Shown: piece by piece, positions 1 through 12,165 of the stretch | Layout of the letters: each line of letters starts with the position of its first letter | Position numbering within the stretch: the first letter of the stretch is position 1 | Origin: Asterias rubens | Taxonomy: Eukaryota | DNA length: 64,000 nucleotides | Direction of reading: 5' to 3' | Assembly (NCBI RefSeq): GCF_902459465.1 | Contig: NC_047070.1 | Coordinates: 18,600,001-18,664,000 of the forward strand | The notes under the pieces: generated by a model | The model's input: only the letters and a program-made list of their open reading frames with translations | Database searches by the model: none | Told to the model about the DNA's origin: nothing | Made by a program: the position numbers and the translations under genes

Positions 1-441
1 ACGAAGTGTGGGCCGTGGACAATACTGTTTACCAAAAGGGTCCAATGGCTTTAAAGCGGAAGCCACAGTAAACAAACACTACAATGCCAACAAACTGTCT
101 TTATTGATTGGAGTCATAATCAATACGCACCCATTGTCTTACATAATTAAAAGATGCAACTAAGTCCTAAGATTGTTTTGGACTCTAGGTTTCAGTCAAC
201 AGCTGCCAGACGCCATTGCTTGTCATTGGAGCAGCTGTTGCTGAGTTCGTTGCCAGTCAAATTACCATGACGTTCAGTGACATTCATTAGGCCATACTTC
301 GTTAATAATTTCAAACTTGGACTACTAGTGTAATTCTGCGGCAAGCAGGGCCTTGAACCTGTGTGCTAGTTTTTTTTTATATATTCGTTTTCATGCACAA
401 GGGCCAATGACATCCACATCTTGGGAAACCGTGCGCACAGT

Positions 442-470
442 TTAAAGGCAGTGGACAATATTGGTAATTA
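442..470. mobile_element. Isolated terminus of Kolobok-like MITE family A
   Basis: TTAA + AGGCAGTGGACAATATTGGTAATTA matches the terminus of full copies at 9477 and 30072-30461; the body is absent. Confidence 0.7.
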
Positions 471-703
471 CCTTGGGTCGACCCCACCATGCTCACTCGG
501 GTGCGCCCCTGACAAGAGCTAAACGAATGATCATTCACTCTCTCGTGGTGACGTCATGCACCTGGGACCAACCTAAAGTGACCCACTCCACAAGCAGGGC
601 ACTTGGGGCAGACCCGGGTGAGCCCCTTGAATGACGTCAAAGCTTTTCGAACGTACCGGGGGCAGACCGGGGTCGACCCCAGGGAAGCTAATCAAACGCA
701 CCC
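471..703. mobile_element. Non-autonomous DNA-transposon-like element, left end truncated
   Basis: Palindromic GGGTCGACCCC near both ends, internal GGGGCAGACC repeats, right end CCCCAGGGAAGCTAATCAAACGCACCC; two TGACGTCA sites. Superfamily not determined. Confidence 0.5.
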
Positions 704-733
704 ATAGTTGTATTATTTAAAATCCAGCACGCC

Positions 734-910
734 ATAATAATAATAACAAGACTTGTAATGCGCACATATCCACCCTGCTGGGTGTTCAAGGCGCAGAACA
801 ACCAAAAACAAAACAAAAACAAAACAAAACACAAAGAAAAACAGACACAACAAAATTAGTCATTGAAAACCTGTGCGAAAGATAAGTTTTGAGAAGAGAC
901 TTGAATTTTG
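734..910 (-). mobile_element. 3' end of L2/CR1-group LINE
   Basis: Minus strand encodes KFKSLLKTYL (typical ORF2 C-terminal FKxxLKTxL motif), then a short T-rich 3' UTR and an (ATT)n tail. Confidence 0.75.
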
Positions 911-1369
911 CGGTACAAACACAAGATCGAAGATAGTTGCCGGTGTTGCTTGGACTCGGATTTCACCCAGAATGCTTTGCCCACCGTTCATGCGCATTGG
1001 GACATGCATAACCTATATAAAGGTTATTGATCATCTAAAACAAAAGTTCGCATTCGATTATTTGCTATAGTTTTTTTATGATGTCAATGGCCGTGGTCGA
1101 AATTATTGAACACGCCTATGGACACTTACGCATGGTTATTTAAGGTGGTTCGGTATAAACTTTATCTATAAATTTGCACTGTCTGACACCAACTGAAAGA
1201 TCAAAGATATAAAGAAAGCAGAAACGCAGCTCACTAAAGAGAGGGTGACCTCACACTGTCCTCAAAGTGTGACGTCAGATATCCAGGCTAAAGACATCTC
1301 AGCGGTAGAGCCACATGGCGACCCTCAGCACAGAAACCTTCCCGTTTATGATATTAAACATGTCCTGTA

Positions 1370-1430
1370 GACTCATTTAACGTGGAGACAGCATGTTAGT
1401 ACAAGGTTATCCAAAGCTCGTGGCATCAGA
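1370..1430 (+). mobile_element. Decayed non-LTR retrotransposon fragment
   Basis: Frame reads THLTWRQHVSTRLSKARGI, resembling the post-RT motif D..L.W..H....K.SK..GI of CR1/L2/Jockey-group ORF2. Confidence 0.35.
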
Positions 1431-1749
1431 CGCACCGGGGCCTAGGGGGCCCTGGGGCCACGACACCACCGCCAGCTTTGCCTAGGCCAAAAGGCTTTAA
1501 CCCCGTACATACAAAACGCCACCAGTTCGATGGTAGAACGTACCAATTAGGGAACTACTCATGGACACCATCTAGGTCCGCGTCATGGACAGTTATTAAT
1601 TTAGCCTACAAAGCTCACAGTTCGGTGTTAAAGCTACAAACGTACTTCCTATAAAAATATACCTGCCAACAGATATTGAAGACTATCGGTAAATTTAAAG
1701 ATTTCAAAATAACTAAATATTACTTCCAAAATATAAAATGCCTATTCAG

Positions 1750-1827
1750 TGTACGGAGTTCACAGTTTCTATGGTGCCAACAAGAATCTTCAGTTTTCTA
1801 TTTTTTTGAAAGAAAGTAATGGAGCAG
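1750..1827 (+). CDS. Putative internal exon, product unidentified
   Basis: ttcag acceptor, CAG|GTGAGC donor, 78 nt open phase 1-1 (YGVHSFYGANKNLQFSIFLKESNGA). No homology recognised. Confidence 0.25.
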
Positions 1828-1901
1828 GTGAGCACTACAATTAAAACAAAGAACCAAAACCATGGCCACAGCGTCTCTCTAAAATGACTGCACATGTTTA
1901 G

Positions 1902-2179
1902 ACCTACATCTGCCCATCAGAGAACTCTGCAAGGGGCATCCTTCTGTTATTCAACAAGACGAAGGAGAACAGAATGATGACGATTTCACAAGGGAATCAT
2001 TCAAACTTCGGCAACAAGTCTACTGTTTCTCTCCAAAACGTCCGGCGTACCGATTGTCAATCTGTCACACGAGAACTGCCGGGGACCCTGTTACTCCAAC
2101 TATAGCGGAACCGTGGTTTAATTTCGCCGAGTTACAGACCCCTGCGCTCGCCGTGCAATTTCCCTGGAGTCCGGAGTAG
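1902..2179 (+). CDS. Putative terminal exon, product unidentified
   Basis: tttag acceptor, phase compatible with 1750-1827, 92 codons to TAG (LHLPIRELCKGHPSVIQQ...QVYCFSPKRPAYRLSICH...). Intron only 74 nt and acceptor weak. Confidence 0.25.
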
Positions 2180-3920
2180 ATGTGCCGGTTTCAAAAGACT
2201 AATTTAATAGCAGTTGATTTTGAACTTTGACACCCGAGCTGGGCTTTCGCCCTGGAGGACTGGACAGGTTTCTTCTTCGTCAATTAGGCCAACAAACAGA
2301 CTCGAATGACCGACACATTTGTATCATTGATATCAACTAAGGGAAAGTTCTCTCGTTGGAGTTCAACTACTAAGAACAACAAATAAAACACATTGTCAAC
2401 TTCACCTTTCCCTGTGCTCTCAGACCTTCCTACTCAGGCAACTGCCCATTGATCGTAAAGAGTGTTGGCAACATGAAAGTACACTACTTGACCCGGTCCA
2501 CGACCTTGACCCATATCAGGTCAGGCTGACCGGAAACTTTAAAATAGCCGTAAGGGTACACTCTTAAAATTCCCAGTTCAGAAATGATCCGGCTTCTGAG
2601 CCTCATGTGGGCCTCAACCCTATCCGGGTCAGGCTGACCCGATTTTTTTTCAAAAAAGGATTCTGCTCCGTGTTGACCGATTTCCAGGTCATTCGGACAC
2701 AGATTAGATTAGATTTCTGTTCAAACTGACAACCCAAATCTGGCGAAGGCGACAAATTATGGAGACCACTATAACGTAGAAGAGCTAAACTGATCAGATG
2801 GTTATGGTAAATCGCTGATAAAAGGAGAGATTTCAAGATTTTAAATTGAAGTTGTATCAATTACCTTCAACCACCCTCTCACCAAATACTTAACCCACCT
2901 GTCATTGAACTAAAATGAGAACAAACTGACACACATGAGAGTCATAATCAATACTATCCCACTCTTTTCTAATAACAGAATCATTATCGACTATTACTAT
3001 TGATGGCAGGGAGCACGACCACTATTTATATTAAAGGTTTGTGACACTCCTTTAAAACCAGTTATAAGGTTATCAAACAGTTGAAAATGTCATCGAGCGA
3101 TGACTTTCATACGTCAGTTATGGAAGCCCGAGTACGATTGACGCCTTGCGTTTCATGGAGCTCGACTCGCTAGACCTCGCTCTCTGCAATTGACAATCAA
3201 CATAGCGGTGCCCATTGCCCGTTCCTAGCGGGCTATTAGCCGACTAAGATGTCACATTTACTGCCAATCTAAACATCCTTCCCGGCTAATGTTGCCGGGG
3301 AGGTGTAACGGGCAAACGGGCGATCTGCCTTTACGGATGATCGACAATTGGACGAGTATAAGAAATGGTGAGATATGCCTGTGGAGATTTGGACCACTTT
3401 AGAGATTTTTTTTTTCTGGCGCGATCTCGAATAACATGTTGAGAGTTTTAGCCTCCCGAGTAAGAAACGATTACGCATAAAGTTGTTATCAATATTCCTT
3501 TCTATGATAAGATTATCTATTTTTGGAAACTTAAAACAATGCAGTACAAAAAAAAAAACCTATTTCCATTGAATGTGAAATACAGTTGTAATCTGTCCAA
3601 CAGGCGGACGAAGTGAACATATCCGTTAACAAATATATTGAAAAGTCTAAAAAATATATATGAGCCTCATTTAAAAGTGCCGCCTGAACAAATTAAATCC
3701 CGCAATCGTAATCAAGAGCGCCACCACTTATACTTCAGATTGGTTTTCAGTCAACTTATTTTTCGTAATCTTGATGATTTGGCGCGATGCCTTCGAATAT
3801 GATCTGTAATAATAAAGGCCCTTTCCATTACAGAAAAAAATATGTAAATAAATACATTTGGGATTACAAAGCCTGAGCTGCCAAAGCTAGATCAATCACA
3901 AGAACCATGCCATTCAGATA

Positions 3921-4056
3921 CACATTTACCCGGGTGAAGAGAAGCAATTATAGTTAAGTGTCTTACTCAAGGACATAAGTGTCATGGCTGGGATTCGAAC
4001 CCATATCTCAATGATTTAACCACAAGAACTAAGTCCAATGCACAAAACCGCCCAGC
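3921..4056 (-). mobile_element. tRNA-derived SINE (family 1), head and core
   Basis: Minus strand has B-box GGGTTCGAATCCC, then GACACTTATGTCCTTGAGTAAGACACTTAAC...GCTTCTCTTCACCCGGGT; related copies at 11206 and 27327. Confidence 0.75.
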
Positions 4057-4638
4057 TTTTTAAATTTGTTCTATCTCGTTCCTTTCTTGAATAGTTGAAA
4101 TATCTAGCTGGGCATTACAAATACACCATTCACATTTCACGTAGCATTCAGCACGGCGCATTTTATTTTAGCAATGTCGTTTACAACCGCTTTAATTTCT
4201 TCACAATTTTGTTAAACAACAAATTGCCTATTTTTTCACCGCATGTTTGAAGTAGTATCTTTTATTTTGCTCTGATTTTGTGCGTGCTGAGATTTAATAT
4301 ACCAGACATTGATTGGGAAAGGGACTTTGTATGACCCCGTTATTCTTTGATGACTACAAAGGAACTGTTGTGACTGCGATTCTACGGTTAGGCTTAGGAA
4401 TGTTTCATTACGAACATTGTCAATTTCACGGAAATGCAGAAATGTCAATTTATGCACGAACTTGAGGTATGAATGGAAATAATACAATACGCACCACAGA
4501 TGCGGGCATATCACTGATTATAGTGTCTGACCCTACAGAAATAAATCTGTTTATAAACTGTAACTGAAATTAGTCCTCATATAAAATCGTTGTAGTACCC
4601 GCTGCTCAAACATAGGATTCGAACTGCGTCTTGGTACT

Positions 4639-4812
4639 GGGCAATCTCGGTATTCCAGTTGGTAAGACACTGCTCTAGAATTACAGTGGTCGTGGGTTAG
4701 AATCCAACCCGAGTTATATGCCTGTGATTTTTTTCCCCACAGAACTCGGGAAAGTAAAAATGTGCTAAACCACATCGGTGAATATGGGTAAAACCAAAAT
4801 GAAAATGCTTTA
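4639..4812 (+). mobile_element. tRNA-derived SINE (family 2)
   Basis: A-box-like CAGTTGGTAAGACAC, degenerate B-box GGGTTAGAATCC; related copy near 19785. Confidence 0.65.
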
Positions 4813-5303
4813 TACCCGATGCAATTAAACATGCATAAGAACTAAATCTTGTTTAGTTCATTTGTTGTTGTAAATATTCATAGGCAAGAGCTCTCATTTC
4901 ACCCTCAAAACAATAAACCAATAATTATTTAAGGTTGTTGTGTTCTGCGTTTTATTTTTACCTTTCCTTCGCCTCCTTTTGGTGGCATTTTCATACCAAA
5001 CCCGAGGCACACCACTCTAAACTCCACTGCTATTGATCCCTGCCTTTCTACTACCCAGCTGAATTTCAAGTTGGCCCAATTTTGTCACTGACCCGTTTTC
5101 CGGACTGCCACTGGTTTAGAAATGGATCGGGCATTGTGCGGTAAATTCTAATCGTGCTACGTGCAATCGATGGAGCCCGCCGTTGTACACGCGATACGGA
5201 CGGCGCAGAGCGGAAATGCAGTCCGGTTTCTCACTCTCTCACCTGTTTTTTCCTTCTCCTCTTCAATCTTTTTTTCTTCTTCACACTCCGTTGTCTCTTG
5301 CAG

Positions 5304-5315
5304 ACCTTGTGCAGA
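5304..5315 (+). CDS. Putative 12-nt microexon
   Basis: ~75-nt polypyrimidine tract ending TTGCAG, exon ACCTTGTGCAGA, donor GTAAGA; phase 1-1. Confidence 0.3.
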
Positions 5316-5593
5316 GTAAGATCGCCAAGTTGAAGGATTTACAAATAATATAATCATATCGACTGGGTTTTCTAGCGCACTTGTTTGGCATATGCTAGTT
5401 ATGCTTTGAATTTAGCAGCGAATTAAAAAGGTATATTAAAACAGGTAAATAACCTGTAATCGATGACTTGCGTTTGAATAATGCATTACTACACTGCTGT
5501 TAAAAACGGGTTAAAAGTAAATGCACACAAAGATGCCATTTTGGTAGTCATAAAAACAAAGCAACCAGCTGTTTCTTACCTTTTGTACATCAG

Positions 5594-5706
5594 GGCGGAG
5601 AGAAGTTACTTTGAGGGTGACTCTTTCAACCTCGTTCACAATTGACGATTCCAACAAGGTCATCCATGACGTCAGCGCTGCCATGAACAAGCCCGCGAGG
5701 CAATGA
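5594..5706 (+). CDS. Putative terminal coding exon (RREVTLRVTLSTSFTIDDSNKVIHDVSAAMNKPARQ*)
   Basis: Pyrimidine-rich acceptor TTTCTTACCTTTTGTACATCAG, phase 1, TGA at 5704-5706, AATAAA at 5907-5912. A competing antisense first-exon reading exists. Confidence 0.3.
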
Positions 5707-5943
5707 CAGCTCTCTGCCCCAAAACAAATCACGATCTCTTTACACGTCTGTCACATTCTGTACTCCTGTGTGCAGGGATGAAACTTAGTCAACTTGGTGT
5801 ACAACTATATCACAAATAAGGCTGTTATATTGTCTACCCTGCCTCAGCTTGTTACCAAAAGGTAGGTGGAGAAAAACATGTTTGAAGTTAGAGACTGTTC
5901 CCAAACAATAAAACAAATATATTATAGGAAAACCAAAATAACC

Positions 5944-6318
5944 TAAGGGAAGATACACGTTTGGTAGTTACTCAAAACAAATATTAACTTAAAAACGTAC
6001 TTGGTAACGAGCATTGGAGAGCTGTTGAAAGTTCAAAACATTGTGGGAAATGACTCCCTCTGAAGTAACGTAGTTTTTGAGAAAGAGGTAATTTCTCACT
6101 AAAATAATAAAAGACTTCTAGCTAGAACTCTTTTATTCCTATCTGAAAGCACACAAATTCGTCAAACAAAGGGCGTTTTTTTTTTGCATCATTTTCTCGC
6201 AACTTCGATGACCGGTTGAGCCCAAATTTTCACAGGCTTGTAATTTATGCTTATGATGGGATACACCAAGTGAGAACACTGGTCTTTGACAATGACCAAC
6301 CGTGTACATTTCCTTTAA
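5944..6318. mobile_element. Kolobok-like MITE family B
   Basis: Degenerate TIRs (AGGGAAGATACACGTTTGGT / ACCAACCGTGTACATTTCCT-TTAA); body homologous to 12661-13021 in opposite orientation. Confidence 0.8.
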
Positions 6319-7044
6319 CAATTCATTGAAAGCGCACGTTGCTAGTTACTTCAACTTATTTCGAAACCCCTTCAAACGAGATCTTGCTATAGTTGTACCA
6401 TAGGGTAAAACGAAGGCATGGTTATATCAACTTATGAAACCACTTAAGTATGATATGCTCCTAGGTTATACCAACATATCGAAAAACCCTTTAAGTTATA
6501 AGTAAATATCCATAATCCCCATACTAGCTTGACCACGTGTCGCTATCGGGTCTAAACCACAATCGCCTCTCCAACTATAATCATATGCAAATGCTGAACC
6601 ACCGGCAGCTCGGTTTCCCTCCTTCCCCAAAGCCCCCAACGAATCATGCAACTTGCCCGAGGGGGTCGACCACGAGGTTTTATCCCCCGCGGTGCCTCCT
6701 ATCACACGGGGGGTGTTCCGTGCCTCGTGGGGCTCCTGGAAAACAACCCCCGCGTGTACACCTGTGCGATGTAACCCTATACACATGACGAGAGGGTAAA
6801 ACACTTATCACTCACAAGTCCATTGATTGCCCCCTCTTTGCGAGGGACCCCTGAATACGTGGATTGCTTCTAGAAAAGAATCTCACGTGGAGGGGTTGTT
6901 AATTAATTATAGTGGGTTCTGACCAGAGTTAGAGACCAGCTGGCGAGCATTTTTGGAGTCATAATCATGATTCGCTAAGAAGTTTTGTTAATTTTCTTTT
7001 AAACGGAAAGCAGATTAGGTTTAAGCATTTACGGGTAATTAATC

Positions 7045-7385
7045 ATTATTATCATAAAACCTTACATGGTAACGAGTAATGGGGAGAGGTTGATAGTATA
7101 AAACATTGTGAGAAACGGCTTCCTCCGAAGTGACTTAGTTTTCGAGAAAGAAGTAATTTTCCGCGAATTTGACCTCAAATTTAGAATTTGAGGTCTAGAA
7201 ATCAAGCATCTGAAAGCACACAACTTCGTGTGACAAGGTGTAATTTTTCTTTCATTATTATCTCGCAACTTCGATGACCGATTGAGCTCAAATTGTCACA
7301 GGTTTGTTATTATATGCATATGTTGAGATACACCAAGTGAGAAGACTGGTCTTTGACAATTACCAATAGTGTCCAGTGTCTTTAA
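7045..7385. mobile_element. Kolobok-like MITE family A, left end eroded
   Basis: Family-A body; right terminus TTACCAATAGTGTCCAGTGTCT-TTAA. Confidence 0.85.
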
Positions 7386-7504
7386 CACAAACATACACAT
7401 AAATCAAATTAGTAGACATTACCACGAGAACGCACTCACCAGTAATTCCTATTCCGGTGAGCATCATGATCAATTTGAAAATGGGGCCAAGATGGCAAAG
7501 GTCC

Positions 7505-7621
7505 ATCTTCCTTTAAAACCACCATGCTCAGATCAAACGTTTGCAAAATCATTCGCAAACACTTCCATCCATGTGGAGCATCCTTTAAAACCACCATGCT
7601 AAGAATAAACGTTTGCAAATT
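7505..7621. repeat. Two-copy direct repeat, 72-bp period
   Basis: CCTTTAAAACCACCATGCT...AAACGTTTGCAAA at about 7510 and 7582. Confidence 0.8.
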
Positions 7622-8519
7622 CCTGCTACGGAAAAGATCACGATAAGCCTATTCTAATTTCAGTCTCTGAAGATCGCCCGCACGTCTTTTCGAAGAAACT
7701 AGCACAAGACATCCCGATATTCACGATAAAAAGGCACGCTCACTTTTTCCTAAACAGAGTAAGAGTTTTTCCCCGGTTGAGATAACCATCTATCTTGTTT
7801 GTACAGGTACATACTGTTGTTAGTTTTATAACTTTTTAGACTGAGGGTGTTATATGTTCACCTGGTGATTTGGGACTCCAGCCGATGGCCAACAAAATAA
7901 GAAAATTCATATCTTGTGAATTTATCTGGTTTTTCTTGGATTAAGGGTGTTGTGTAAACCGGAGTCGCCGAAAGGTCGAATATATAAGTCCGGAACGGGA
8001 GCTTCGACCGATGAAGGGGAGCGCGTGATGCGGGGATAGTCAGCACATTGCCCTGGCGGGGCAACGGCTTGCCTGACACGCTTGAGGGCCGAATTAACTT
8101 CACCCGTGGACTTCTTTCCTCTTTGTGAACGCGGTACTAAGACCTCCCCCGATCATATTCTAATCCAGATCATATCAAGCACGGCGAAGAAATACGATCA
8201 ATCACGATAAAGGAAAAAAGTGAGGGGAGAAGGGGGGAAGACGCCAAAGCATTCAAGACAACACGTAGAAGGGTTAATGTGAGCTGTGTATGCAAAAGTT
8301 AATAGACATCTATTAACAATGAGTTAATAACAGAATTGTTATCTCAAACTCGATGTACCCCCCCCCCCCGTCTGTGCGAAGCTCGACAACTTATACACAC
8401 TGGTATTTGTTTTCCATAAGACTCTCAAAAATTGTAAGCTTAATTAGCTTAACTGGCTACATTCTTTATCAACTCCTCATTTCGTCCCCGTTGTTAGACT
8501 GAAGTTTCAATCCCAAATC

Positions 8520-8660
8520 CAAAAGAAACTAGGGGAAAACCAATGCAGACAGGTAGGGACTGAAACGCCAATCCACATAGTGCCCCTGGTGTGAATCGAA
8601 CCAGGGTCCTATTGAGCCCCCGGTGTGAATCGAACCAGGGTCCTATTGAGATGGAGGGCT
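8520..8660 (-). mobile_element. tRNA-derived SINE (family 3) with 34-bp internal tandem duplication
   Basis: Minus-strand GGTTCGATTC B-box present twice (units 8583-8616 and 8617-8650), followed by GCACTATGTGGATTGG...CAGTCCCTACCTG body. Confidence 0.7.
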
Positions 8661-8716
8661 TGGAAACTATAAAACCCTTAAGAGGATAGGTACCACTACG
8701 TCAAGCCGACCACCCG

Positions 8717-9093
8717 AAAGGCATTGAACACCGTTGGTAATCGTCAAAGACCAGTCATCTCACTCAGTGTATCTCAACATTATGCATAAAATAACAAACC
8801 TGTGCAAATTTTAACTCAATTGGTCATCGAAGTTGCGAGAGAATATGAAAACAGCCTTGTTGCACAAGTTGTGTGCTTTCAGACGCCTTGAATTTGCGAC
8901 CTCAGCTGAGGTCTAGAATTCAATTCAAATATTTTAGTGAGAAATTACTTCTTTCTAAAAAACTACGTTACTCCAGATGGAGCCGTTTCTCACAAAGTGT
9001 TGTACTATCGACAGCTATTCATTGCTCGTTGCTAAGTAAGTTTTCATGCTAACAATTATTTTGAGTATTTACCAATAGTGTCCAGTGCATTAA
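8717..9093. mobile_element. Kolobok-like MITE family A, reverse orientation
   Basis: Both degenerate TIRs; body is the reverse complement of 9477-9847. Confidence 0.85.
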
Positions 9094-9476
9094 ACAAAAA
9101 AAACGACATGCTCACTCAAAATAATATTTGCGGGCAGACAGTATCGATCAGCGATGCACAGATACGCTGGCCTACATCAGTAGCTTGACTGTGTACGTCA
9201 GATCAATAACTTGTAAAATATGAACAATTAATACAGTCAACCATACCAGAACTGTTTCGTAAGTTGACGTTCATTTTTCACCTCACACTAATTTACATAA
9301 ATAAATAAGACATATACACTGTGCTTTTTCTACTTCAATATGACTCAGAAATTATTTCATTCTACTGTACAAATTACTCTATTTTTTGGTGTAAGGTTCG
9401 GGAACAAGAGAAGATAAATTAAGTCAGGAATGTAAACATCATCAACACTGATCAAGTTATATCTCATTTTGGAGTC

Positions 9477-9847
9477 TTAAAGGCAGTGGACACTATTGGT
9501 AATAACTCAAAATAATAATTATTATAAAACCTTACTTGGTAACGAGTCCTACGGAGAGGTTGTGAGAAACGGCTCCCTCTGAAGTGACGTATAGTTTTCA
9601 AGAAAAAAAAAAGCAATTTTCCACGAATTTGATTTCGAGACCTCAGACTTAGAATTTGAGGTCTCGAAATCAAGCATCTGAAAGCACACAACTTCGTTTG
9701 ACAAGGGTGTTTTTTCTTTCATTATTATGTCGCAACTTCGATGACCGAATGAGCTCAAATTTTCACAGTTTTGTTTTGTATGCATATGTTGAGATACATC
9801 AAGCGAGAAGACTGGTCTTTGACAGTTACCAATAGTGTTCAGTGCCA
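9477..9847. mobile_element. Kolobok-like MITE family A
   Basis: TTAA-AGGCAGTGGACACTATTGGTAA start; internal hairpin GATTTCGAGACCTCA...TGAGGTCTCGAAATC; right TIR slightly eroded. Confidence 0.9.
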
Positions 9848-11205
9848 TACAATTGTGGAATTGATCCAAAAATGTCATTTCGTGAATGTATGCCTGCCAA
9901 CCTCCTACGCCACCCAGCTGGTAAAGATGTGGGTCACAAGTCACACAATCAATACATCAACCTCGTCACCAAGCACTCCAGATTGCAAGAAGGGTCAATA
10001 ACATTGTGATGTTTTACTGTCAGGCAGGTCTATTTAATGTTCTCCCTAATGTTTCTATAATTGAAAGCATTTTTCTTTGCATATGCTGATAATTCTCGGT
10101 TACACTTTGCCCCGCGGCCTAAATTCACTTTGACCATCCATCACATGTAGACAAACCGTAAAGGGGGGGGGGGGGGGTCAACCATTCACTATCCAAGGCC
10201 TATTAAGACTAGCAGTTCTCAAAGTAAGAAAAAGGAGAGACAACAATTGCAATAATTTGACGCCGCGCCATTTTTTTCCTTTCAATGCACCAGCGTAGAA
10301 GAGCTGTTCACGTCTGACGCCTGAGATGGAAAGGTCAGAGTGATTGTGCACTGTATCTCTAATAGAATTACTCTCACGTATATACGAATCAGAACTTCTG
10401 TCCGGAGTCAACTTCAAATAAAAGTACGTGGTTTAAAAAATGGTCCATGATCTCCATTTATAGTCCTCTTGTGGAGTGGAGGTACAGGGTGGGTGGTTTG
10501 AGGAGGCATATTTTTTATGGTCTCTGGTTTGGGTTGACAGACCCATAAAGAGGGAAATATATGGAAATAAATACATGGTCGTACACATCGGGACAGAATG
10601 GCGTAACAAGAAACTTTACACCACAAATCAGGAAGGCAGTTTCAGATGTTCTTAAAGTAACGCGCAAGGACTGGAACATAAACCAACATAAAAACACCCA
10701 AACCACGAATAAAGATTATTCGATGTAAGAGGTTTTACGGATATACAGCTTATCATAGTAGCTTCCAATATGTCAACATAAAAATCAAACCATTTCTAGC
10801 AGACCGGAAAAAAAGTAGAATGCACCCCCCCTTCACCAACTATCTTCTGACGTGATACCCAATTTCAGTATCGTACATCGACGTCGTAAACGTATACAGT
10901 CCCATCGCGAACACAAGTATAACCAACAACAGTCTAGCTTCTCCCGTGTGATAGGTTATGGTGTCGCTATTGACCTTAATATACACGGAAAAAGTCAAAG
11001 ATAAAGTGAAAGTGTGTTCTTATAATAGAGCTCACGTCTTAGAAGCTAGATCAAGGCGGCGTTCTTACATTATTTTCCCTGTTCATCATACTAATTAAAC
11101 CAGCCCACAAATTGTGTCAACTGCCTAGCAAGCAAACAGCCTCAAGCTGCCTATATTATAGTGCGTACATCTAACACAATGCCGCGTTTAGTCCTTCTGT
11201 TCCCC

Positions 11206-11346
11206 TTTTCACACCTGGGTGGAGAGAAGCAAATAAGGTTAAGGACCTCGCTCCAGGACACAAGTTTCATGACCGGAATTTGAACCAACACTCTGGTGAC
11301 TCAAACAATCATAAATTTATTATGATGTTACGGGCCACGACACACC
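11206..11346 (-). mobile_element. tRNA-derived SINE (family 1) fragment
   Basis: Homologous to 3921-4056 (CCTGGGTGGAGAGAAGCAA...GGACACAAGTTTCATGACCGG). Confidence 0.7.
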
Positions 11347-12165
11347 ACCAAAGATGGCGACATCAAGATAAGTAGCCTTGCTTTTACCCCGTTATAATAA
11401 ACACAAGTCTGTGAGAAAACAAAACTGAACAAATTTCATAAAATACAGACCACGCTGACGCTGCCTAAATTTTGGTCCCTGTATCCAATAACAGTATAAA
11501 AAAATGCTGATATTCATTGTACACAAAGGAACATGGCAGTGTTTTCTTCCAGCCTCGATTTTGTTACATAGGTTTGAATGGGGAAAAAATCCAGATATCC
11601 GCAGCCATTATAATATAGTATTGGCTTTATTTACACTCCCACACGTTTTACCAGCCAGTTTCGTGGTCCCTTCCAGTCACAAAACTACAATTTTTGAGGC
11701 ATGCAGCCGAGCTATCCGTTTCAGCCGTACGATTCAACGACTTAAAAAAACATTATAAATAAAATCGTTGGAGCGCATTCCCCTGGGAAAACATTATTAA
11801 ATTGTGTAAAGTGTGATATCAGATGGCCGAGATTAGGAGATCATGGATACTCAGCCTCCGACCAAAAGAAAACACTAATAAATACAGCTCTATTTCAGTC
11901 AACCCCTACCAGTGTGCTATGAATAATGCAGCCACACGCTGGTCTATCAATGTATTTGCGGTGAGTGGCATTTTAAACATCTTCTTCTCTTGGCGGTCAA
12001 AACGTGGTGGTGGTATTTTGACTTGCCGTGTAGATGCCAAGAGTTCAATACTCTCAAGGAACACCTTTAATAGACCAGTGAATAATTTATTGAGTGCGGA
12101 TTAGTTGGTGACGGTGAAAGGTTATTAAGGGAAATCACAGGTAAACACAACGTTTGATTTTGCTC

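Noticed and set aside
7062-7268. Recurrent MRDNNERK...KLCAFRCLIS peptides (also 9464, 9549, 16401, 17826, 21278) as a small gene family
   Set aside because: All lie inside family-A MITE copies, have variable frames and stops, and show no transposase motifs.
11504-12104. Adjacent ORFs and a long minus frame with scattered stops
   Set aside because: No recognisable motif or splice support; possibly a decayed element, but I cannot assign it.
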